Below are positions 10,409 to 19,576 of a stretch of 64,000 bases of DNA, one piece after another. Each line of letters opens with the position of its first letter. Within the stretch, counting starts at the first letter, position 1. A program made the position numbers and the translations under genes. Source of the stretch: a virus (lineage: Duplodnaviria > Caudoviricetes); the IMG/VR virus record IMGVR_UViG_3300014205_000182, positions 32,001-96,000 of that record; one strand, written 5' to 3'. The notes below the pieces were generated by a model. It saw only the letters and a list, made by a program, of their open reading frames with translations. It was not told where the DNA came from and did not search any database.

Positions 10409-10740
10409 TGGGCCACTACGAATGTCGTAAGTGTGACCAGCGTTATGACAAGTGCAGTTGTACTAGGCCGGTTTATCGCCCAGCAGGTGAGGTCAGACTT
10501 TCGCCCGAGCAGATAGTCGATAAAATAATCGATATCCTAGAATCCGAGCCTGCTGAAGAAGCTGTCAAATTGATTAAAGCCAAGTTCAATTACGGTGAGT
10601 GGTACTAAGTAACTGAAATAACTTGTAAAAAATTTTTTGACTTCTACTATTTGAGGAAAATATTTTACATATATAGGGATTTTTATTGTCGTTGCGCCCA
10701 GCCGGGTGGGTCTTAACGTACCCAGGTGCCTTGAACGAGC

Positions 10741-10895
10741 TGGCACGCTTCTTGCACACGTGGCCTTGGCACGCTAGATGCTAGGGGTAAGGTGTTGGCA
10801 CGCAACATTTGAGCTCGCCATGTTGGCACACCCCTTGCCGCGCCCTACCCTTGGCACACTACATGCCCATGGTACTACTTGGCACGAGCATTGCC
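10741..10895 (+). promoter_or_regulatory. Tandem array of six sigma-54 (-24/-12) motifs
   Basis: TGGCAC-N5-(T/A)TGC starting at 10741, 10767, 10796 (degenerate -12), 10824, 10852 and 10880. Confidence 0.75.
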
Positions 10896-11189
10896 ATGGC
10901 CGACCATGGTGCCCGGACCACGAACGGGCGACGCATCGCGGATCGCTTTGTTCGTGTAGTACGCTTCACACAGGGGAACCCACTCCATACCATAGATGCG
11001 AGCGTACTCAGCACGGGCATTGTCATCGCACGCCATAGCAACATCAAGCATGACTGCCAGGGTAGACGGTGCGCTATCCGACTCCGGGCAGTCGCAGATC
11101 AGACCAAGGCAGGGACAGATAAAGAGCGATTCGTAAGCGCCTTCGGTGTTCATACGATGACTCTACAGGAAACAGGTTCCAGTGAAACG

Positions 11190-11216
11190 AAAAACGACCG
11201 AGAGATCTCGGTCGTT
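11190..11216 (-). terminator. Intrinsic terminator
   Basis: AACGACCGAG/CTCGGTCGTT hairpin plus T run, just after the stop of 11242-12603. Confidence 0.75.
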
Positions 11217-11241
11217 ACCCCGGACATAACCGATAGGCCGG

Positions 11242-12603
11242 TTAGGTAAGCTCCAGCATCATAGCGCGCTGAGAAGTGTTATCCAGAGCGGTCACCACGA
11301 GCGCATCGCACGCAGCGATCCGGGCGAGGAAGGCGGAAACGGTATCGGCACCGAGCAGGGTAGCCAGACCATTGCACTCCGACCGCATACGCTCGATACG
11401 CTCGATAAGAGACGCGCCAGCGATACGCTTGAGATCGCCAGACTTGGCTTCGCAATCCTTCTCAAGCCGCGCCAGATCGGCGGTAAACGATTCCGTGAGC
11501 GCGCTTCCGATCGACTCGGTATCCATGTGCGACCAAGCGTAGATCCCACGTCCCATGATCGGCCGGAGGGCAACCACGAGATCGAGCGCGCGAGCGGCAT
11601 TGAACGGCTGAACGTAGATCCCGAGATCCGTGTCACGAGCGCCGTAGTGGTTCACGAGACACGCCATCACACGAGTCTGGAGATCGTCGGATGCGATCAG
11701 GGTATCGCGCACCCGGCGGTTAAAGTCAGCGAGGACCATACGCGCACCCTCGTGATCCGGAGCGTCACACTCGATAACGCCATCGTGCGAGAGGGTGATC
11801 AACGCCTCTTTCGCTCCGAGCGAATCGCTCGCGAGATCGTTATCGAAAAACCCGATCTTCCACGCGCTAGCGTACTTGCCAGCGGTAGGAGCGTTGCGGG
11901 CGACAAAGCCGCCATGGTTGAGGATCTGCGTCGCCTTTCCGAGCAGGCCGACGAGACCGGGTGCGCGGCCAAAGGCCTTCTCAGGCAATCCCAGAGTAAC
12001 GCGCACACTCTCGACGGATGCCCATTCGATCAGTGACTGGCGAGACTTGCCGGAGATCGAGTCAATGACCGTGCGAACCTTGCCAAAGGCGACGATGGTT
12101 CCCACGCCGCTAGCCAGCGTCGGATCAACCACTCGACCATTGTAACCGGCCTGCGTTGCGCCAGCGATGCGAGCCATCGCGGTCGCGGTCGCGATAGCGT
12201 CGGCTGACTGGCTACGAGTCTGCGAACCACCGCGACGGGTGCGGGCGGCACGCGCCGCAACATTCGCGGCACCCTCGTTCGCAACGTTCGTGAGCGCACC
12301 CGTGAGGGTAGACGCGTCAACCGTGCGGGCGATCTGAACGGGTGCAACGGGTGCGACCGGTCCCGGGATCGAATTCATGGTGATCACCATGCGCCGCGTT
12401 TGGCCGGCCAGCTTGACCACGGCACGATCCGACGGAGCGAGAGCAGAGTACACGCTACCAATGGCGCGGAAATCGTTGGAAACGCGGTCACAATCGGCCA
12501 TGGTCTGACAAGCGTTGACGAGCGCCAGACACTCAGAGAGCAGCGACGGGCGAAAAAGGTTGCCGAGGTTAGCGAGGGACATTCCGAGGATCGTGAGGGA
12601 CAT
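11242..12603 (-). CDS. Hypothetical 453-aa protein (putative pre-early)
   Basis: Long ORF with AAAGGA RBS, an upstream TTGACG-17-TAGGAT promoter and a downstream terminator. Confidence 0.8.
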   Translation of the reverse strand: MSLTILGMSLANLGNLFRPSLLSECLALVNACQTMADCDRVSNDFRAIGSVYSALAPSDRAVVKLAGQTRRMVITMNSIPGPVAPVAPVQIARTVDASTLTGALTNVANEGAANVAARAARTRRGGSQTRSQSADAIATATAMARIAGATQAGYNGRVVDPTLASGVGTIVAFGKVRTVIDSISGKSRQSLIEWASVESVRVTLGLPEKAFGRAPGLVGLLGKATQILNHGGFVARNAPTAGKYASAWKIGFFDNDLASDSLGAKEALITLSHDGVIECDAPDHEGARMVLADFNRRVRDTLIASDDLQTRVMACLVNHYGARDTDLGIYVQPFNAARALDLVVALRPIMGRGIYAWSHMDTESIGSALTESFTADLARLEKDCEAKSGDLKRIAGASLIERIERMRSECNGLATLLGADTVSAFLARIAACDALVVTALDNTSQRAMMLELT

Positions 12604-13165
12604 TTTGATTTCCTTTGTTCCGGGTTTCGAGTGGCAAGACCATCCTAGGGATCCTTGTTTCCCACGTCAAGCGCCTAAGAAACTATTTCGTGAGGATCCC
12701 TAGTTCCCTTTTGAAAACCGTGCGGATCTCGTCGACAACATCACAGGCCGGATGATTCGTTTGGAGCCATGCCAGGAATGCGATCCCTAATGTCGCGAAA
12801 CACGCGACCACATACAACCACATGAGGCGAGGATCCGGGATTGTCGCAACCACGGTAGGGTTTTTCCCCGGGCGAACGATCGCGCCATGCCAGGGATCGA
12901 GCCATACGACCACGGCACCCGGACGAACGGTGATTCGGTATGGTGTGCGGGTTTTCAGGACATGTGCGATTTCGTCGCGAGTCAAGATCCTACAGGACAA
13001 ATGGCACTCCACATGCGAGGAGGAAATGGTTGCGTTCCTGGCTAGTACACAAGTCATCCGCTAGCGCATGTGCGACATGGTACACACCGAGCAGGTAGGT
13101 CGGATCCTGACTTGTGCGTCGCGCGCGGTCAATCGCTCGCGCGAGATCGATTTGCTTACGGTTGA

Positions 13166-13330
13166 TCACATGTCACCCGTGGCGTAGCGGATTGCGTGAT
13201 CGAGCCGCACATGTAGCATCGGCCGACTCTGGAATGGATCGCAGATCCGGATTGCCTCGTCGAGTGTGACATGTGCGCCAGCGTAGTTGTTGTTCGTGTA
13301 GACGATACAGAGGGGATTACGCTTTTTCAT
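13166..13330 (-). CDS. Small leaderless ORF (54 aa, MKKRNPLCIVY...)
   Basis: Below the ORF-track cutoff; ATG lies 6 nt after a TACACT -10 box. Confidence 0.5.
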   Translation of the reverse strand: MKKRNPLCIVYTNNNYAGAHVTLDEAIRICDPFQSRPMLHVRLDHAIRYATGDM

Positions 13331-13764
13331 GTCTCCAGTGTAGGCATGTTTTCACTTCACTGGAAACCCTTTTGGGTTATGTGTGGGGTAGCGAATGATT
13401 TCAACAGGTTACACTCGAGCTCGCGATTTCAGCGACTTAGCCTGGCGAGATTCTTGCATTGGTCCGACCGGCTATTTTCCTGCGAATTCGGCAGGATTCT
13501 ACAGTGCCAAACTGGCAAACCTGCGGATTTGGCAGTTCACACTTTACTGTGAACGCCCGTTCATAGTTCAGCGTTATTTGTGTATCGAACCATACCAAAC
13601 AGAGCAGTTTGGGTAGCGTCGGGAAAATATCAGGTACTTAGAGTGTAGGGAATCGCGATCGGACCTAGGGTGTCACCTAGTGACGGGATTATTTTCGTTC
13701 AATGGTGGGCATTCTGTAGCGTCTGAACGAAGGTCCGTTTTTTAGTAAGATGGCACACTAGGAA

Positions 13765-14155
13765 TTCCCTACAGGACACAAATGTCGTGTCGCAGGGTAT
13801 CGGAGCACCCGGGGGTGGGTCCAAACGGACACGGGTCTACCTGGACCCGGATCACCGTGTCATATGATCCGTATGCCATGGGTTCTTTACCCGGGTATAA
13901 AACTACCCACCCGGGTGACACGATACCCTGGTATTTCGATCATATGACATTTCGATCCGGGTCTAAATGGACTCGGGTCCACCGAGACCCGGGTCTAAAT
14001 GGACCCGGACATTCTTGTCCTAGGATCGTAATGCCAGAGTAGATCTTTACCCGGGTGTCTGGTTACCCTGGCATTTGTGTCATAGGATCTAAATGTCATG
14101 TAGGCAAACCGGCGACCTGTACGTGTAGCAGCTTCCGTGCCAAACCGGGTCTACA
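13765..14155. repeat. Non-coding field of dispersed ACCCGGGT / CGGGTCTA / TGTCATA(T/G)GATC motifs
   Basis: Multiple copies on both strands; CCGGGTCTAAATGGAC is duplicated near 13957 and 13989. Confidence 0.6.
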
Positions 14156-14195
14156 TTCAAGTATTGTGCCAAATTCGCGAGCTCAAAATCGGATA

Positions 14196-14340
14196 CTGAA
14201 CACTTGTTCAGTGTGACATCAGGATCATACTGAACGGATGTTCAGGTACTGAACGGATGTTTAGGTACTGAACGGATGTTCAGGTACTGAACGGATGTTC
14301 AGGTACTGAACGGATGTTCAGGTACTGAACGGATGTTCAG
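14196..14340. promoter_or_regulatory. Array of seven LexA-box-like palindromes (CTGAAC-N4-GTTCAG)
   Basis: One copy at 14196 and six in 19-bp tandem at 14230, 14249, 14268, 14287, 14306 and 14325; fits the Myxococcus SOS box consensus. Confidence 0.75.
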
Positions 14341-14346
14341 TGGACA

Positions 14347-14362
14347 TGCAAGCTGCGTGCCA
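14347..14362 (-). promoter_or_regulatory. Consensus sigma-54 site pointing into the LexA-box array
   Basis: TGGCACGCAGCTTGCA on the minus strand. Confidence 0.65.
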
Positions 14363-14574
14363 GCGAGCGAGGGCGCGACGGGGCCGAGCGCGGATTTTCG
14401 CCCGGGAATCGCACGAAATTACCCACTACGCACTGCGTCACGCCTAGTAATTCCAAGGGTTTGAGCTCGCTAATTTCGAGCATTAGCGCACGAATTTCCG
14501 CCTATGGCACTCCGGGCGCCCGACGGTGCGAAACGCTCGCAAATCGAAGCCTATCGCGTCTGAGAGCAAATGAG

Positions 14575-14604
14575 AAAACCCGCCGGGATTTCTCCGGGCG
14601 GGTT
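14575..14604 (-). terminator. Intrinsic terminator
   Basis: AACCCGCC/GGCGGGTT stem with TTTT, downstream of 14626-14865. Confidence 0.65.
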
Positions 14605-15106
14605 AGGTCGCGCTAAGTAGCTGATTTAGTACCAGTAGACTCGCACCGAGTCATCCTCGAAAACCTCGTCGGAGATCGGTTCAGCGACGGAGATGTAACG
14701 AGTGTAACAACGCTTTCCATCGCGCACATGAGCCCAGATCTCCTCACACATGGCCATGTGTCCCGAGGTGGGAGCATTCTCGCGAATCCACACGAGACCG
14801 GCAGCGCACACGAGGGATAGCAGAGTGATTTCGAGGTTGTTGGTTTCCATTCCTCTTTGTCGCACGGAATACCCTACGGGGTCAATACCTTTTGTGCGCG
14901 ATCGTATGCCTCTGAATTGCTCTGCTCAAACTCGGCTTTGGTCGCGCCCATATTCCAGGGCAGTGCCCAACGGTTACGTGCGTTGAGTACCGGCGTACCG
15001 TCTTCGTCGCCACAAACCGCAACGATCGTTGCGACCGTAACCCAAGCGGTTGGAGTAGGGCAGGAATGCGATAGGAGCAGACTGATCGCCCACTGGCCTA
15101 GGATGT

Positions 15107-15352
15107 TCACGCTAGACTCTCGTACAGATCAAAGAGTTGGTCGAGTGACATCCGCTTGAGACGCTTACGCGAAACCTTCGAGGTTTCCCCTGTGAGGTAT
15201 GCGAAAGCATCCTGATCGCTCGTCTCGACGAGGATCGAGTCGATCAGCGCACGCTTGCGCGCCATGCGATCAGACTTGTCAACGGGCAGAACCATCGGGG
15301 AAAACTGCGTAGCCTCGTAAGACTCGCAACGGTTACCGGTACACTTGCTCAT
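15107..15352 (-). CDS. Hypothetical protein
   Basis: AGGAG RBS; coupled to 14874-15110. Confidence 0.55.
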   Translation of the reverse strand: MSKCTGNRCESYEATQFSPMVLPVDKSDRMARKRALIDSILVETSDQDAFAYLTGETSKVSRKRLKRMSLDQLFDLYESLA

Positions 15353-15519
15353 ATGCTCCTATGACGCGTTGAGGGTTTGGGTTCTGACAGGTCCAGGTTA
15401 CGAATAATCGGCGTTACATCCGGGCGCCCACGAGTTGTCGCACGTCCGGACTCTGGCGTCTACAAAAATCGCAGAAAGATCGCCAGAAACGAGCTCGCCA
15501 GCCTAACCCCTCGAGATTA

Positions 15520-16338
15520 CTAGGGAATTACTGCCAGAGCCGCAACGCGCTTTGCTTTGCTCTGGGATCGCATTCCATGCTCTACGAGGTAGACGCTTGC
15601 ACGACTGCTCTTACCCTGCACTCCGTTACAGATTCCGCAACGGTCGCACGTAAGCGGGTTCTGCTCTCTGGTAGCAGGACACTGGACCATGCCAGCGGGG
15701 ATCTCAGTACCCTCGGGCACTGCCAGGAATTTACGCCAGCCGAGCATGTCGGCGGTAGCAACATCCCGAGTGGAATCACAGCTTGCCATGATGTTATCGC
15801 GAAACCAGAATGCCGATTCCATGTGGCGTGCGCTCATACCGTCGACGAGATCGGTAATCGGTCCGCACGGAATCGAGCGCCACTGGTGCGTGTACCCGAC
15901 GACACTACGAGGCATGAGAGCAGAGATCAGATCCTGCCAAACCTCGAAGGGAACCGCCATCGGATCCCCGTAGCTACCGAGCCGCAGGCCATGGTCGCGC
16001 GCGTCCTGCGTCATACGGAGGATTTGCGTAGGGTCCGCCCAATTACTGCCAGGGAATCCCGATCGCTCCCACGCAAGCCAAACGCTACGTGGTGCGTGTA
16101 CGATTTGCACGTAGCAATCCCCTCCCAAGGCATGGCGACGAGGACACAGGCCGCACACCGATTCATCGGCTTTCGTAGCTGAAGCTTCAGAGGGATGCAT
16201 ATCGGCACGCATGATCCAAGTCTGAACCATGCTACCCGTCTTGACGTTCGAAGATCCGACGCTTGCCAGGCAAACGATCGGCGAACCATCGATCATGCTC
16301 GGGCCATGGTAGATCACGATGGGAGTGGTCACAAACAT
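15520..16338 (-). CDS. Cys-rich conserved phage protein, radical-SAM-like
   Basis: NVKTGSMVQ, VCGLCP..CYV, LRLGSYGDP, GYTHQW, CPA..TCDRCGIC. Start moved to ATG 16338 after AGGAG. Confidence 0.7.
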   Translation of the reverse strand: MFVTTPIVIYHGPSMIDGSPIVCLASVGSSNVKTGSMVQTWIMRADMHPSEASATKADESVCGLCPRRHALGGDCYVQIVHAPRSVWLAWERSGFPGSNWADPTQILRMTQDARDHGLRLGSYGDPMAVPFEVWQDLISALMPRSVVGYTHQWRSIPCGPITDLVDGMSARHMESAFWFRDNIMASCDSTRDVATADMLGWRKFLAVPEGTEIPAGMVQCPATREQNPLTCDRCGICNGVQGKSSRASVYLVEHGMRSQSKAKRVAALAVIP

Positions 16339-16699
16339 GCTCCTAGGCAAGAATCTCCGACGATCATTGCGAGAAAAACCGCGACCGACGCGATGGCACG
16401 CGTCCATTTCTGATCCACTAGTTCACTCCAAGATCTTCGACAGGAGGAACCCAGGAATCCGCGTAACCCTCGCGCGTTTCCGGTCCGTTGATCGGTGCAG
16501 CTTGCACGTAGGGGACCGGCTGATCATTCTCGTCGAGAACGGTAACACGAGCAGCAATCGAATTGCTCGCGTTAACCATACCAGCGTCGAGAAGATCCAA
16601 CGCGAATTGCATGAGGATCAGACACCGAGGACAATCACAGTATTTGAGGGACATGGGATCACCTTAGAGACGTGGTGAGATGTTGTCAATGGGCGAAAT

Positions 16700-17169
16700 T
16701 CAGCGAGGAGCGATCACTCGGTGGTTCCACCATGGCGGAAGCTGACGATCTGCCAAACGCAGATGCATCGCGTTGCAAGCGGCAAGCGGTACACCATGCG
16801 TGTTTCGCTTCGCACCGATCGCTGGGTCACAATCTAGCGTCACGATCTCCAATTCGTGACCGTACGCCAAAGCCAGAGCGGCATACGGCGCGATTTCTGC
16901 CACGGTCGTGTTCGTGTTATCGACCACAACATCCGGAATCCAGGTACCGGATTTCCAGTCTGCCGTGATATGTCCCACGAAATCCCGGAGGCATTTTGCG
17001 TGCGCCTTTGACAGTAACATCGCGTTGAAAATTGGCGTAGCTTGCATCTTATCATCGGTGTACAAACCGGGATACTTATCGGCCGAACAAACCAGAGCAT
17101 CCGGTGGTTCTTGCGCGTGTATGTCGACTTACCAGATCCGGGAATGCCGCAAAGAATTGTGATCTTCAT
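16700..17169 (-). pseudogene. AAA_33/polynucleotide-kinase-like gene split by a frameshift near 17103
   Basis: Walker A GIPGSGKST is in one frame; VCSAD..VVVDNTN..RNTHGVP is in another. One C appears to be missing in CACC(C)GGAT. Confidence 0.75.
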
Positions 17170-17611
17170 GTGCAGACCACACTACGCATTGCGGGGATCG
17201 CTGTCAAACGAAAAATCGCCTCCATGGCGAGCTCGAGCGCAACCTGCTGTAATCACTAGCGAATTACGATTGTGTCTTGACAGATCCCTGCGTCGTTTCC
17301 AGAGTGGATCGCACAATGGAAACGCAAAAAATGCTCGTCGAGATCACGATTCCGGCCGACATGTCAGACGGTGAATTGCTGGAGAAAATCCAGGAGCTTG
17401 CGCAGGAATGTGCAGAGGCTTTTTGGGAGGGAGACGAGGATTTCCCATCGACACTGGCAAGTGAAATTTCCGACTCGTGTACGGTAGTTTCTGAGGACAA
17501 CTGGGAGATCGTCTCGCGCGAGTAACTGATCCTTCGTTCAGTGGCTACTCGACCTTCCAGTGACGTGACAAGTAGTCACATACCCTGCCAGTGAAAACCA
17601 AAAGTTAGCTC

Positions 17612-18041
17612 TGGCATAACGACTGCACAAAGAATCCTCATGACCAATCCCGCCGATAAGAAGCGCGACCACGAAAACACTGCCCTCGCCTGGCTCGCTG
17701 TTTGGCGTACGTGCGACGAAAGCACGATCGGTGCCAAGCAACTTGCTCTGGCTCTGGCAGATCTTCACATGGACGCTGCCGACGAGTGTGCTATTGACGC
17801 ATACTGTCAGGAAGTCAGCGCACGCTAGAAAAACTCGAAATCCTCCGCGCCCGTGCCAAGCGTGCGCAACGTAGCATGGATCGTGCCACGCTCGCCCTGC
17901 AGCGGCACTACGTGAAGTCTGGCATGGATATTGCCAGAGCGGGCGGCGCTCGACGACTTGGCCTAGCAAGCCCCGTGCCAACCGGAAATAAGGAGGTCCT
18001 TATTCAAAATCCGGGCCAAAAGTTGTGGCACGATTTTTGCA
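17612..18041. promoter_or_regulatory. Second cluster of sigma-54 motifs, mixed orientation
   Basis: 17612(+), 17873-17888(-), 17920(+, also readable on -), 17965-17980(-) and 18026(+ TGGCACGATTTTTGCA). Confidence 0.7.
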
Positions 18042-18324
18042 CCGGCGTGCGGGTCGCGCGGGCGCCCGGCCGGCGCGGCGGTCGACCAAAGCCCGGCACC
18101 TGTTATTTAGGGAGGTCACGTCTGTATATATAGCGCTAGCGCTTATTTACTATATAGGGGCGCCAATTTCCTTATATATAGCGCTGGGTTGTCAATAAAT
18201 GCGCAAGTTGTGCATTAATAGGGTTTGTGTCAGGTTTAGTGTTAGATTTGAGACCCCACCAGGGGGTTTTAGGTGTGGTTTGGATTTCGCCTCAAAATCA
18301 ACACAAATTCCTCCTCTGCCCAGA

Positions 18325-18740
18325 GTGACCTCGGTTAGAAAAGTGACCTTGGTTGGAAAAGTGACCTTGGTTGGAAAAGTGACTCGCGCTAGAAATCTAA
18401 CAGTGACTCACGTTAGAAATCCAGCAGTGACTCGTGTTAGAAATCTCCCATGATTGCTCGCAATCGCGCAAGTGATTCATCGCAGCGTTTCTGCCAGGCG
18501 GTGAACCAGGTTAGAAAATCTTGGTCGGTCTGGATTCTGGTGATGGAAACCACTTCAATAGTTGTTGTAGTTCGCATGAGTGACTTTCGTTAGAAGTTTC
18601 AGGTGCTTTCAAACTTCATTGAAACTTTTAAAAGGTTTGAATGCTATGTAACAAAACGTTACTATTGCTGGGAAAATTGGATCAAATCAAGTACTTAGAC
18701 CTGCTCCAAAATGGAGCAGTTCGTGACCTCGGTTAGAAAT
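18325..18740 (+). repeat. Iteron-like direct repeats GTGAC-N4-GTTAGAAA
   Basis: Copies at 18325, 18343, 18361, 18379, 18403 and 18427, with outliers at 18501, 18580 and 18723 around an AT-rich tract. Confidence 0.8.
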
Positions 18741-19576
18741 TAGTCATCAGCGCTCGTATATCGTTTGGGCTCCCACTTCCTGCTAGAAGAGTTGTACTCC
18801 CAACCAAGATAGGTCATGTCGTTACGTAACACCTGCTGGATTTTCGTAGAACTGATGAACTTACCGTGATACGCAACTACTACATCCTGAAACTTCACCT
18901 GATAAATACCTGCTTTGATGTAGTCGGATAGAACTTTCGCAGTACGTTCTCGACGTAACTTAATCAAGTGAGGGGTGATGGATTTTATTGGAGTATTTCG
19001 TTCTGATGGTGTTTGGTAGTGCTTGTACGGTCTGCCTGTTAAGGTGTGTTTCTTCAACGGGTTCCAGCGCCAGACAGAGTGAATTGTCTTAGATTTTCCT
19101 GAGTCAGACTTCCTGTATTCCAGCATGGGGTACCAGTGAAGGCTATTTAGTAAAATCTCAGGTTCCATGTCCATGTACTGCTTTGGCCATGTACCTGCCC
19201 AGGCTTTCATCGTGAAGGCCGGATTAGCTTGTAGCCACGCTCTACGGTCGTGACCAGGGTTAGGGTCATGGTCGATTAGCACTGGAGTACCCTCCCAGTC
19301 GCTCCTAGTGACCGTGGTTCGATTTTTAGGGTCTGCCGCGTCGTAGTCCGCCACCCACTTCCAAATCTGCTCAGGCGTCAGCTTATCGACGCCCCAGGTC
19401 CACGCGTGCTCCGAAAGCTTGGCCAGGTCGTTGACCATCTCAGCCGTAGGATTATTAGACGACATTGCCAATTCTAAGGTACCTGTCGAGACACCTAGCG
19501 CTCTGGCTATGACAGGCACTGTCAGTTTGCCTTGACAGAAATGTTTGAGTAAGTGGAGTCCGAATGATTCAGTCAT
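18740..19576 (-). CDS. HTH-containing DNA-binding protein, candidate origin or repeat binder
   Basis: N-terminal XRE-like LTVPVIARALGVSTGTL; wing-like C-terminus; ends directly at the repeat array. Confidence 0.6.
   Translation of the reverse strand: MTESFGLHLLKHFCQGKLTVPVIARALGVSTGTLELAMSSNNPTAEMVNDLAKLSEHAWTWGVDKLTPEQIWKWVADYDAADPKNRTTVTRSDWEGTPVLIDHDPNPGHDRRAWLQANPAFTMKAWAGTWPKQYMDMEPEILLNSLHWYPMLEYRKSDSGKSKTIHSVWRWNPLKKHTLTGRPYKHYQTPSERNTPIKSITPHLIKLRRERTAKVLSDYIKAGIYQVKFQDVVVAYHGKFISSTKIQQVLRNDMTYLGWEYNSSSRKWEPKRYTSADD

Noticed and set aside
10741-10895. Mini-CRISPR or coding repeat (ORFs 10778-11038 and 10809-11249)
   Set aside because: The conserved part is only the bipartite TGGCAC/TGC motif, the period is not a multiple of 3, and the ORFs lack start signals and look like noise.
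14227-14340. CRISPR array
   Set aside because: The 19-bp units are contiguous with no unique spacers, and no cas operon is visible.
18199-18453. 84-aa ORF with KVTLVG repeats
   Set aside because: A translation artefact of the 18/24-bp DNA repeats.
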